From positions 8,155-72,154 of the forward strand of contig CAWFVI010000006.1 in NCBI GenBank assembly GCA_963819245.1: a stretch of DNA of 64,000 nt, in the 5' to 3' direction. Positions 49,331 to 57,932 of the stretch are shown piece after piece. The first letter of the stretch is position 1. Each line of letters starts with the position of its first letter. Below the pieces are notes generated by a model. The model did not search any database. It was not told where the DNA came from and saw only the letters and a program-made list of their open reading frames with translations. Made by a program: the position numbers and the translations under genes. The DNA is from an uncultured Acidobacteriota bacterium. Its GTDB lineage: Bacteria > Acidobacteriota > Terriglobia > Terriglobales > Acidobacteriaceae.

Positions 49331-49827
49331 TTCTTTCTATATCCGTCCAGAACCCTGTCGATCTTCTCCGCGGTCAAGTTCTCGTGGAAGTCATAATTCA
49401 CTTGCACAGCCGGAGCCCAACTGCATGCCCCGATGCATTCGACCTCCTCGAGCGAGAACATGCCGTCCGGCGTCGTGCCTTTGTGTCCGATGCCCAACCT
49501 CGCCTTGCAGTGATCGAGAAGCTCTTCACCACCGCGCAGCATGCACGCAATGTTCGTACAAACCTGCACATTGAATTTGCCGCGAGGCTTGGTCGTGAGC
49601 ATGGAGTAGTAGCTGATTACGTTGCTTACCTCGAGATCGGTCAAATCCAGCCGCTGCGCAATCTCATGAATTACGTCATGGTTTAGATAGCCGACTTCGT
49701 CCTGCGCATAAAGAAGCGTCGGCACGAGCACAGACCGCTTCGTCGGATAATGCGTCAGCATATCCGCGAAACGCGCCTCGAATTGGTCCGAAAACTTCAT
49801 AGCGTAGGAATTAATATCGATTGTCAT
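49327..49827 (-). CDS. nuoE: NADH-quinone oxidoreductase subunit E
   Basis: 2Fe-2S ligands 'VQVCTNIACMLRG' and 'VECIGACSWAP'. Confidence 0.92.
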   Translation of the reverse strand: MTIDINSYAMKFSDQFEARFADMLTHYPTKRSVLVPTLLYAQDEVGYLNHDVIHEIAQRLDLTDLEVSNVISYYSMLTTKPRGKFNVQVCTNIACMLRGGEELLDHCKARLGIGHKGTTPDGMFSLEEVECIGACSWAPAVQVNYDFHENLTAEKIDRVLDGYRKN

Positions 49828-49902
49828 TCCGAGCGGAGCGAGGAATCTGGGTTTGCGCCGGTGCTGGCGAGAACCTAGATCCCTCGCTTTGCTCGGGATG
49901 AC
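49823..49902. repeat. 80-nt REP/MITE-like imperfect inverted repeat in the nuoD-nuoE spacer (gtcattccgagcggagcgaggaatct ... agatccctcgctttgctcgggatgac)
   Basis: 26-nt arms, about 22/26 complementary; the left arm overlaps the nuoE start codon. Confidence 0.75.
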
Positions 49903-49966
49903 AAGTTTAGAGTTCCTTCCCTCGTGCCCTTAATTGGGTAGCGCCTTTTCTAATCCCGATCATTGT

Positions 49967-51172
49967 CTACCGGTCAATTTCCCCTAGTACAATATCGATC
50001 GATCCGATCGCCGCCACTACATCAGCGAGCAATCTTCCTTCGCACATCTTCGGAAGCAGTTGCAGATTCGCCAGGCAAGCCGCCCGCATGTGCACACGAT
50101 ACGGCTTAGCCGTGCCGTCGCTCACCACGTAATACCCCATTTCGCCACGCGGCGATTCCACGGCTTGATAAACCTCGCCCGCCGGAACCGCAAAGCCCTC
50201 GGTAATGATCTTGAAGTGATAGATGAGCGCTTCCATTTGCGTCTTCATCTTTTCGCGGTCCGGCAACACAACCTTCGGCGCATCCGCTTTGATCGGACCT
50301 TCCGGCATACCGTCGAGCGCCTGCTGCACGATCGCGATCGATTCACGCAGTTCCTGAACCCGACAAATGTATCGGGCGAACACATCGCCGTCCTGCGCCA
50401 CCGGCACTTTGAACTTGAAGTTCTCATAGCCTGAGTACGGCATATCCCGCCGCAGATCGAAGTCGACACCGCTGCCCCGCAAGGTAGGTCCGCTCGCGCC
50501 CAGTGCGATGGCATCTTCCGCCGTAATCCGCGCCACGCCTTTGGTCCGCATCGTCCAGATGGGGTTTCCTGTCAGCAGGTTTTCGTACTCATCCACCTTG
50601 GAAGGGAAGCGATTAGCGAAATCGCGCACCCGGTCAAAGAATCCCAGCGGCGGTTCGAGAGCCACGCCGCCGATGCGGAAATACGACGTCATCATGCGCT
50701 GGCCGCTGACCGCCTCGAACAAACGCAAAACATCCTCACGCTCGCGGAAGCAGTAAAGAAAAACGGTGAGCGCCCCAATGTCCATGGCGTGCGTACCCAG
50801 CCAGACGAGGTGCGAGTTGATGCGGGTCAACTCATTCATCATCACCCGCAGCCATTGCGCCTTAGGAGGGATCTCCAGCCCGAGCAGTTTCTCGACCGCC
50901 AACGCATAGCAGAGGTTGTTGGTCATGGGGCAGAGGTAATCGATGCGGTCGGTAAGCGGCACTACCTGCTGGTAAAACTTCGCTTCGCAAGTTTTCTCGA
51001 TCCCGGTGTGCAGATACCCGATGTCGGGCATGAGCCGCACCACGGTTTCGCCGTCGATCTCAAGAATCAGCCGCAACACTCCGTGCGTGGACGGGTGCTG
51101 CGGTCCCATGTTCAGGATCATCGTCCGATCCTGGCCGGGCTCAAGCACGGGCGTGGATGTCATGTGGGCCAT
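49967..51172 (-). CDS. nuoD: NADH-quinone oxidoreductase subunit D
   Basis: 'MILNMGPQHPSTHGVLRL', C-terminal 'IGSIDIVLGEIDR'. Confidence 0.92.
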   Translation of the reverse strand: MAHMTSTPVLEPGQDRTMILNMGPQHPSTHGVLRLILEIDGETVVRLMPDIGYLHTGIEKTCEAKFYQQVVPLTDRIDYLCPMTNNLCYALAVEKLLGLEIPPKAQWLRVMMNELTRINSHLVWLGTHAMDIGALTVFLYCFREREDVLRLFEAVSGQRMMTSYFRIGGVALEPPLGFFDRVRDFANRFPSKVDEYENLLTGNPIWTMRTKGVARITAEDAIALGASGPTLRGSGVDFDLRRDMPYSGYENFKFKVPVAQDGDVFARYICRVQELRESIAIVQQALDGMPEGPIKADAPKVVLPDREKMKTQMEALIYHFKIITEGFAVPAGEVYQAVESPRGEMGYYVVSDGTAKPYRVHMRAACLANLQLLPKMCEGRLLADVVAAIGSIDIVLGEIDR

Positions 51173-51180
51173 AGCGAAGT

Positions 51181-51678
51181 TTAACGGTAGCCCTCCACGG
51201 GATAATCTTTGCGCAGGGGATGGCCCTCCCAATCTTCCGGCATCTGAATACGCCGTAGATAAGGATGCCCGGTAAAGCGAATTCCGAACAGGTCGAAAAC
51301 CTCGCGCTCGAAATAATTCGCCGACGGCCAAACCGAGGTTACCGATTCCACCACCGGGCTGTCGCTGTCCAGCCGCACCTTCAGCCTGACCCGTTCCTTA
51401 TTGGGAATCGACAGCAATTCGTACACCACCTCGAACCGCGGCTGCGAGGGATACCAATCCACACAGGTCACATCGGAGAGATAGTTAAAGGGACAGCTCG
51501 GATCGTCCCGCAGGATCACGCAAGCCTCTCGGATCGATGATCGCTCGATGTAGATGGTCATCTCATCCCGGTCAAACTTCGCTCCCTCGACCGCAGCCGA
51601 GTTCCACGAACGCAGTCTCACCACTGCGGGGTGGTCTTTCAGAGCCTCAAGGTCGGTGATGGCGGGGATCAGCGGCAT
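51181..51678 (-). CDS. nuoC: NADH-quinone oxidoreductase subunit C
   Basis: 'WPSANYFEREVFDLFGIRFTGHP', 'PLRKDYP'. Its ATG shares a base with the nuoA TAA. Confidence 0.92.
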   Translation of the reverse strand: MPLIPAITDLEALKDHPAVVRLRSWNSAAVEGAKFDRDEMTIYIERSSIREACVILRDDPSCPFNYLSDVTCVDWYPSQPRFEVVYELLSIPNKERVRLKVRLDSDSPVVESVTSVWPSANYFEREVFDLFGIRFTGHPYLRRIQMPEDWEGHPLRKDYPVEGYR

Positions 51679-52073
51679 TAAACCTCGCCCCTCCGCGTCG
51701 AAACCGTACCCCAGTCCAGCACACCCTTTTTCAAGATATAGAAGTAACCCACCAGAACGATGCCGATATACACCAGCATCTCCCAGAAACCAAACATCTT
51801 AAGCTGCGGCAGGATCACCGCCCAGGGATACAGGAAGACCGCTTCCACGTCGAACAGAATAAAGAGCATAGCCACCAGATAGAACTTCACGGAAAAACGC
51901 TCCCGCGCGTCTCCCACCGGGGTCATGCCGCATTCATAAGGGGATAGCTTGGCCAGCGTAGGCCGGCGGTAGCCAATAAACCAGGAAAGCAACACGATGG
52001 CAGAAGCCAGCCCACCTGCTACGATGAGGTGAATCAATAAAGGCAGGTAGCGAGCGAAGTAATTGTCGGGCAT
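51678..52073 (-). CDS. nuoA: NADH-quinone oxidoreductase subunit A
   Basis: 'YECGMTPVGDARERFSVKFYLVAMLFILFDVEAVFLYPW'. Confidence 0.9.
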   Translation of the reverse strand: MPDNYFARYLPLLIHLIVAGGLASAIVLLSWFIGYRRPTLAKLSPYECGMTPVGDARERFSVKFYLVAMLFILFDVEAVFLYPWAVILPQLKMFGFWEMLVYIGIVLVGYFYILKKGVLDWGTVSTRRGEV

Positions 52074-52260
52074 AGAAGAGCTATATATAATTCGCAGCCA
52101 AGCATTAACTAAACATTCTAGAGTAGATTTCGCGGGTGGCAGTGTCAAGCGACGGCGCCACTTTGTGACGATCTTTTGACATGCTTAGGCAACACGTTTG
52201 CAGATTTCTGCCGATGATTCGGTAGGATGGGTTAAATAGGATCGCAAAAATAGATTTCAC

Positions 52261-52851
52261 ATGATTTTTGGTTTCAATACCGACGTGAAGCACGAAGACA
52301 CGGTTTACCACGTGCAAAGCGAGGCGCGGGAGAACGAGTTGCTGCTGCAGACTCAGGTCTTCGTCCGGGGACGCTGCATCGGCAAGCGTGCCACTTCCTA
52401 CGCCGATAAAGCAGCCGAGTCTGGTTTCACCGACCAGCAAAAAGAGCAGATCCTGCGCGACCAGCATCGTCTCGTCCTTGACTCGATCCGTGATGGCCGA
52501 GTGGAGGGCGTGCTCGACAAAAGTGTCACGCCCGAAGTGCTGGCTGCTATCAAAGAGCTCGATGTGCTATGGCTCAATGCCGGCTCGGTGCACGCGGATC
52601 GCAATCTGACCCTGCGACTGCGCGTCACCGAAGGAGGCGCCGCTGTCCAGGGAGCGCGGCTGACGGTTCGCTTCGCTCGCCCAGGCTCCGCTCCGTTTTA
52701 CACCCAGGTGGTCACCGGTTCCGATGGCGATGCCGAGATGAAGATCGATGTCGACGAATCCTCGCTCCCGGATTCCGCGGTGCTGGTGCAAGCCAGCTAC
52801 TCCGGCCGCACCGCAACCCGCAAGTTCCAGTTGCGCAAAGTCGAAGCGTAG
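52261..52851 (+). CDS. Hypothetical protein (C-terminal beta-sandwich-like segment)
   Basis: ORF divergent from nuoA; no motif recognised. Confidence 0.55.
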   Translation: MIFGFNTDVKHEDTVYHVQSEARENELLLQTQVFVRGRCIGKRATSYADKAAESGFTDQQKEQILRDQHRLVLDSIRDGRVEGVLDKSVTPEVLAAIKELDVLWLNAGSVHADRNLTLRLRVTEGGAAVQGARLTVRFARPGSAPFYTQVVTGSDGDAEMKIDVDESSLPDSAVLVQASYSGRTATRKFQLRKVEA

Positions 52852-52945
52852 CTTACATCGGGAAAGCCGCCCCCGGCTGTCCAGTCGAGCGAAGCTCGAC
52901 GCTCACTTGCCGCCAGCCTGCGCTTACTGCGAAAATCCAGATAAC

Positions 52946-53146
52946 ATGAAACTGCAGATCAATGGCGAGGCTCGCGATTTCGATTCTCCCCTCACACTCG
53001 CTGGCCTCGTAGATCACCTGGGAATGAAAGCAGATCGAGTTGCCGTCGAACTAAACCGCAGTATTGTCGCCCGCGACCAGTGGCCCGAAACGAACCTGGC
53101 GGAAGGGGATCGCTTGGAGATCGTCCACTTTGTCGGCGGGGGATAA
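52946..53146 (+). CDS. thiS: ThiS/MoaD-family sulfur-carrier protein (66 aa, C-terminal GG)
   Basis: 'MKLQINGEARDF...DRVAVELNRSIVARDQW...LAEGDRLEIVHFVGGG*'. Confidence 0.85.
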   Translation: MKLQINGEARDFDSPLTLAGLVDHLGMKADRVAVELNRSIVARDQWPETNLAEGDRLEIVHFVGGG

Positions 53147-53215
53147 AACATCAAGGCTGTTAGATTCCGTTCGATGGAACTCGTCTAGTTACCCCCTCTT
53201 CGCCGAAATCCACAG

Positions 53216-53243
53216 TTGACAGCAGCCCGTCCATGCCTACAAT
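53216..53243 (+). promoter_or_regulatory. Sigma70-type promoter: TTGACA, 16-nt spacer, TACAAT
   Basis: -35 at 53216-53221 and -10 at 53238-53243, 50 nt upstream of the MerR-family gene. Confidence 0.65.
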
Positions 53244-53278
53244 GTTTCAAACATTTGGCTTCGTAATTGTTTGAAACA
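53243..53278. promoter_or_regulatory. Two copies of the 11-bp palindrome TGTTT(C/G)AAACA, centres 25 bp apart, overlapping and just downstream of the -10 box: candidate operator
   Basis: tgtttcaaaca at 53243-53253 and its exact reverse complement tgtttgaaaca at 53268-53278. Confidence 0.55.
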
Positions 53279-53292
53279 TTTTCCGACTTGGC

Positions 53293-53763
53293 ATGCAGCA
53301 ACTATTCACATCCTGCGACGTGGTATCGCTGACCGGCATCACGCCCAGGCAACTGCAGTGGTGGGACGAGCGCCGCATTGTGGTGCCAGCGCGCGAGGGA
53401 CGTCGCCGTGTGTATTCCATGGAAGACCTCGCCGAGGTCGCCGTAATCTGCGAGTTGCGCCACCGCGGATTTTCGTTGCAGCGGGTACGCAAGGTTATGC
53501 GTTTCCTGCAGCGGGAGTTCGGCAAGCGCCTCGCTGAGACCGTCAGCGGCGCATCCGAATACCACCTGCTCACCGACGGCAAGACTCTGTATCTTGAAAC
53601 TTCGCCGCGTCAGATTGTGGACATTTTGAAAAATGCGCGCCAGCCCATGCTCACGATTTGTCTGAGCGACACCGTGCGCCAGGTGCGCGCCGAAATACGC
53701 GCCAAGAAAAGCAACGGTACGAGTACCTTTCGTTCATTGCGCAAAGTAAGGCAGGCTTCATAA
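53293..53763 (+). CDS. MerR-family transcriptional regulator
   Basis: 'FTSCDVVSLTGITPRQLQWWDERRIVVPAREGRRRVYSMEDLAEVAVICELRHRGFSLQRV'. Confidence 0.8.
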   Translation: MQQLFTSCDVVSLTGITPRQLQWWDERRIVVPAREGRRRVYSMEDLAEVAVICELRHRGFSLQRVRKVMRFLQREFGKRLAETVSGASEYHLLTDGKTLYLETSPRQIVDILKNARQPMLTICLSDTVRQVRAEIRAKKSNGTSTFRSLRKVRQAS

Positions 53764-53822
53764 GCAGGGAAGTTTGGTTCCACATAGTGGCCCCACATTG
53801 CTTGGCCGAAGAAGGAGGCGAC

Positions 53823-54086
53823 ATGGTTGCAGAACTCGACGTCCTAAGCCAATGGATCCCCGAACAGATGCTTCCCGGCACCATCTTCGTGCTGGAGAAT
53901 GCCGGCCGCGTCGGAGAAAAAGACGACCCCTACTGGGCTGTCCTTTCCTGTCCTGAATGCGGCACTCTGGGCCTGATCACGCGCAAGCAGCTCGCCGGCC
54001 TGCTACCCGTAATTTGCGGCTCCAACCAGTGCCCGGCACAGTTCTTCATCAACGATAGCCAGGTCGTAAGCCGAAAACCGTTCTAG
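53823..54086 (+). CDS. Small hypothetical protein with a 4-Cys zinc-ribbon-like pattern
   Basis: SD GAAGGAGG before the ATG; 'CPECG...(23 aa)...CGSNQC'. Confidence 0.6.
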   Translation: MVAELDVLSQWIPEQMLPGTIFVLENAGRVGEKDDPYWAVLSCPECGTLGLITRKQLAGLLPVICGSNQCPAQFFINDSQVVSRKPF

Positions 54087-54097
54087 CTGTTGTGTGG

Positions 54098-54117
54098 CGC
54101 GGGCGCCCTCGCCCGCG
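54098..54117. terminator. GC-rich hairpin (cgcgggcg-ccct-cgcccgcg) between convergent genes; bidirectional terminator or REP-like element
   Basis: 8-bp perfect stem read directly; no clear U-tract. Confidence 0.4.
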
Positions 54118-54160
54118 TGGGTCAACGAGGATCTGTGAAGAAGACAGCGGTGCCCCGGAT

Positions 54161-55348
54161 CTAAGTTTTCACTCGATCCAACAACACGGGTACCTGCTCG
54201 ACAATCTCGATGTCGAACCCTTCAAGCGCCGGCACCTTTCGGGGATGGTTCGTGAGCAGCCTGATGCGCCGTAGGTTCAAATCCGAAAGAATCTGCGCTC
54301 CAATGCCGATCTCGCGCTGCGTCTTGCGCTCGCTCTCTGGTAGCGATGGAAGGCGCTTGTCGCGGTGGAAGGTGAGCATCTTGCGCTCTCCGATGCTCTC
54401 GACCGAGAAGCCCTTCGAAGTTTGATGCAAATAGATCAGAGCGCCCCGGCCTTCGCGCGCAATGGCCTGCATCGAGCCTTCAATGGTTGCATGACAATCG
54501 CAAGCCGTCGATCCGAATACGTCGCCCATCACGCAATGGGAGTGCATGCGGACCAGCACCGGCTCGCTGCTTTCGATATCGCCGCGCGCGTCCCCTTTAA
54601 CCAATGCGACGTGAGATTCGCCGCCGTCGACTTCACTCTCATAGGCAATCAGGCGAAACTCTCCGTGACGGGTGCCAATCAGCGCTTCTCCGACCCGGTG
54701 CACGTAGCGTTCATGCTGCATGCGGTAGCGGATGAGTTCGGCCACGGTCAGCATTTTCATGCTGTGGGTTTTGCAGAACTCAATGAGGTCGGGAACCCGC
54801 GCCATGGTTCCATCATCGCGCATGATCTCGCAGATCACTCCCGCTGGAATCAGTCCCGCCATGCGGGCTAAATCGACCGAAGCCTCGGTTTGGCCGGCGC
54901 GCACCAGCACTCCACCTTTGCGAGCCTGCAGCGGGAAGACATGTCCGGGACGCGCCAGATCCGAAGGGCGCGTGGCGGGATCGATCGCAACCTTGATCGT
55001 GCGGGCGCGATCATAAGCTGAAATTCCGGTGGTCACTCCCTCGCGGGCATCAATCGCTTCGCAAAAGGCGGTCCCATAGTTCGACGTGTTCTCTGCGGTC
55101 ATGGGACCGATATGCAAATGGTCCAAGCGCTCTTCGGTCATGGCCAGGCACACCAATCCGCGACCGTACTTGGCCATGAAGTTGATCAGTTCGGGAGTAA
55201 CTTTCTCGGCGGCGAGTGTCAGATCGCCCTCGTTCTCGCGATCCTCGTCATCCACTACGACCACCATGCGGCCGGAGCGGACCTCCTCGATGGCGGTCGG
55301 AACGTCGGTAAATGCCGATTGCGGCACCATAACAACCGATTGTAACAA
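54161..55348 (-). CDS. ribBA: Bifunctional 3,4-dihydroxy-2-butanone-4-phosphate synthase / GTP cyclohydrolase II
   Basis: '[14 protein letters not shown]', '[19 protein letters not shown]'. Start is either TTG at 55348 (SD GAAGG) or ATG at 55330. Confidence 0.92.
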   Translation of the reverse strand: MLQSVVMVPQSAFTDVPTAIEEVRSGRMVVVVDDEDRENEGDLTLAAEKVTPELINFMAKYGRGLVCLAMTEERLDHLHIGPMTAENTSNYGTAFCEAIDAREGVTTGISAYDRARTIKVAIDPATRPSDLARPGHVFPLQARKGGVLVRAGQTEASVDLARMAGLIPAGVICEIMRDDGTMARVPDLIEFCKTHSMKMLTVAELIRYRMQHERYVHRVGEALIGTRHGEFRLIAYESEVDGGESHVALVKGDARGDIESSEPVLVRMHSHCVMGDVFGSTACDCHATIEGSMQAIAREGRGALIYLHQTSKGFSVESIGERKMLTFHRDKRLPSLPESERKTQREIGIGAQILSDLNLRRIRLLTNHPRKVPALEGFDIEIVEQVPVLLDRVKT

Positions 55349-55420
55349 ATAGACCTTCAGGGAATTGTCAGAGATTTGTCATCTCTCACGCCGGCGGCAA
55401 ATGCCTTCTTTGCTCTCTAA

Positions 55421-55532
55421 CTCCGCGAACTCTGTGGCCGTCCTCAGCGGTCTCTGCGTTGTAAGGTTTGGCCTTTGAACGCAAGATCTTAAATCGCGGA
55501 GATCGCTGAGACGGGCCGCAGAGTTCGCGGAG
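55421..55532. repeat. 112-nt imperfect long inverted repeat (19-nt arms ctccgcgaactctgtggcc / ggccgcagagttcgcggag plus inner complementary segments)
   Basis: Arms complementary with one G-U equivalent position. Lies between the DUF4126 stop and the ribBA start. Confidence 0.75.
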
Positions 55533-55541
55533 AGCAGTTCG

Positions 55542-56162
55542 CTACTTTGCCAGTTCGTGCTCGGCTCCCCGGAAAAGTGCCCGGAGCGAGCGCACCACCC
55601 AGTGGGCCAGCACCACAATGATGATGAGCAGCAGGCTGACGATCGCGATCGCGCCATACGGATGCTGCGTAGCAAACCAGGTAAGGAAGATGGCGAGCCC
55701 ATCTTCTCCCAGGCTTAAGGCCATATTCGAGAATGGCTCCGGCGAGGGCGTGACCGCCGCCCGGACAGCAGTCTTACCTCCATGCGCGGCGAGAGCGATG
55801 GCGCCACCGGCAACAGTGGCGATCAGTTGCTCCGAGGGTGAAAGGCTCGCGGTAGCCCGGTAGGCCAGCAGGGCAGCGACAGGAATACGAATGAAGGTAT
55901 GGAGCGCGTTCCAGATCAGGTCAAAGGCAGGAATCTTGTCGGCAAAGAATTCGATGGCAAACAGTGCGCCACTGGCTGCGATCACCAACCAACTCGAAAG
56001 TAATTGCAGCGAAGGCGGCAGCGGCAGCACTCCCGCGTGCGCCAGTAGTCCGAGCGTGGCTACGGTAGCGTAAACGTTGAGTCCGGCGGCGAAGCTGGCG
56101 GCTGTCACCAAAGCCACGAGTTCACTTGCCGGAATGCTCGTGATGGTCAGGGGAGACGCCAA
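55542..56162 (-). CDS. DUF4126-family integral membrane protein
   Basis: 'FAAGLNVYATVATLGLL...FAIEFFADKIPAFDLIWNALHTFIRIP'. Confidence 0.7.
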   Translation of the reverse strand: MASPLTITSIPASELVALVTAASFAAGLNVYATVATLGLLAHAGVLPLPPSLQLLSSWLVIAASGALFAIEFFADKIPAFDLIWNALHTFIRIPVAALLAYRATASLSPSEQLIATVAGGAIALAAHGGKTAVRAAVTPSPEPFSNMALSLGEDGLAIFLTWFATQHPYGAIAIVSLLLIIIVVLAHWVVRSLRALFRGAEHELAK

Positions 56163-56254
56163 CGAAACCTCTGTGATCTGGCTCTTGCGAAGTGTTCAGG
56201 ACAAGACAAACGGCCGCCGCTCGGGCGACCCTCGGGATTCTGGTTCATGCTTAA

Positions 56255-56482
56255 TTAAAGAGTGGATTCGATCTCGAATCCCCAAGCCTCAAGCAGGGGC
56301 TCTGGGATGTACTTCGAATTCTTGTTGCGCCGAGCCCATTCTCGCAGCCGGGTGGAACGCAGGTACTGGTCCGGCGAAAGCTTATATTCGCGAACCACTT
56401 GCTCGAATTCGGTGATAGTAGGAGTAATGGGGCCGATCGGCTCCGGTTTCCCCCAGTTAGGATTTCCGCGTCGCTTAGCCAT
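56255..56482 (-). CDS. Small hypothetical protein (75 aa, basic N-terminus)
   Basis: ORF with a GAGG about 11 nt upstream; no motif recognised. Confidence 0.45.
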   Translation of the reverse strand: MAKRRGNPNWGKPEPIGPITPTITEFEQVVREYKLSPDQYLRSTRLREWARRNKNSKYIPEPLLEAWGFEIESTL

Positions 56483-56822
56483 AAATATAACGCCTCGTGC
56501 GTGAGATAAACTTACACCAGTAAAAAGTTAGATTCCTCCGACAAGAAGAGGGATTCACCCCGTCCAGCGGACATATAGCACTTCGGTCCGTACTGTTGAA
56601 CCGTCGGGCTAACTGGAAGACTCTGATTCTATGGGTTTTCTTGGCAAAAGTCAACAGAAATCGAACAATCTTCCAAAAACTATATGCCCCTCCTCCTAGA
56701 AGGGGAGTCGTGGCAAAATTCCGTCCAAGTGTCTGGTGATTCGGACTCAAGATTGAAGCCCGGGAGGTAATGTCTTTCGGTAATTAACAGCAAATAAAAG
56801 GCCTTGGTCACCCGCAATTGGC

Positions 56823-57932
56823 CTACTTGAATGCAGCCGTGGCCACGGCTACCAGGGAATCCGCGCAGCCATAATAAAGGAACCATTGGTCGTGAAAGTA
56901 CACCAGGCCCTCGGCAAAGGTGGTTCCGGCGGCATACTGACCGGTTTTCTCGTAGGGCATCACCGGCTTCAGGACCGGCTGTTCGGTCTGCTGTACCAGT
57001 CGGGCAGGATCGTTCTTGTCGAAAAGCGCCTCGCCCGCGGCATAGGCGTTGGGGCCTAAACCCGGGTCCCCGTCTTTGACGGCGTTTTTGCCGTTGTAGA
57101 GGACGACGATCCCGTTTGAGGTCAGAACTGGCGGCGGCCCGGTTTCTGGAAACGTGCTGTCAAAATGCCCGGGCCGAGGACCCAACAATTCGACGGGTGC
57201 GCCCTTTACATCCTCCACCGGACTCCAGTGGATCAGGTCGGTTGAAGTGGCCAGATGGATAGCGCCTTCGCCCCAATACATCCAGTATTTTCCATTGATC
57301 TTGGCCGCGATCAGACGCCCTTTGTCGAAATGCGTCACGATTCCCGCCGACTTGTATTTCAGCTCGGCGTACTTGCCATTTGCCGCCGTTGCGAAGGCTG
57401 TCCCGTGCTTCGTCCAATGCGCCAGGTCGGGCGACGTTGCCATGCCCACCGAATACGTCTTTCGGTTCCATTGGGTATAGGTGAGAACATAGGTGCCATC
57501 TTCTGCCTCGACAATGCGCGGATCTTCGACGCCACCCGGCCATTCGCGAGACTTTTGGGCATCGTCAGCTGCGTAAAACACGGGATCAGCTCGTCGCACA
57601 AAGGAAATACCGTCCTTGCTCTCGGCCAAGCCGAGCCGCGAGGTGTGTCCCCCGATTGCCATTGTCCCGGAGTCGTCCTCGGCTCGATAAAGGACATACA
57701 CATTTCCATCGCGTGCGATTGCGGCGGGATTAAAGGTGTGCAGCGCTTCCCAATGCACCGGTTTCTTAAGTATTGGATCGGGAAAGATTGATTCGGGCCG
57801 TGGAGCAATGACCGGATTCCCGCTCGCAGGTCGGGTAAAAGGACCGATCGCCCATTTCTGGGCCTCCTGCGCTTGCAAGGCGACGGTAGAAAATAGCAAC
57901 GCTGCCAGCCAGAGCGTTCGTCCTGCCTTCAT
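56823..57932 (-). CDS. Glycoside hydrolase family 130-like protein (beta-mannoside phosphorylase/hydrolase fold), with signal peptide
   Basis: 'HTFNPAAIARDGNVYVLYRAED', 'SRLGLAESKDGISF', 'GGVEDPRIVEAEDGTYVLTYT'. Signal 'MKAGRTLWLAALLFSTVALQA'. Confidence 0.75.
   Translation of the reverse strand: MKAGRTLWLAALLFSTVALQAQEAQKWAIGPFTRPASGNPVIAPRPESIFPDPILKKPVHWEALHTFNPAAIARDGNVYVLYRAEDDSGTMAIGGHTSRLGLAESKDGISFVRRADPVFYAADDAQKSREWPGGVEDPRIVEAEDGTYVLTYTQWNRKTYSVGMATSPDLAHWTKHGTAFATAANGKYAELKYKSAGIVTHFDKGRLIAAKINGKYWMYWGEGAIHLATSTDLIHWSPVEDVKGAPVELLGPRPGHFDSTFPETGPPPVLTSNGIVVLYNGKNAVKDGDPGLGPNAYAAGEALFDKNDPARLVQQTEQPVLKPVMPYEKTGQYAAGTTFAEGLVYFHDQWFLYYGCADSLVAVATAAFK

Noticed and set aside
52852-52945. 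TPP riboswitch upstream of thiS
   Set aside because: There is no CUGAGA motif and no pyrimidine-sensor helix core. Only a short gtcgagc-gaa-gctcgac hairpin is present at 52884-52900.
55349-55541. FMN (RFN) riboswitch upstream of ribBA
   Set aside because: The conserved RFN cores (GGGCGGGGTGAAATTCCC..., CCGACGGT.AAAGTCCGGATG) are not present on the coding strand. The structure found is a simple long inverted repeat.
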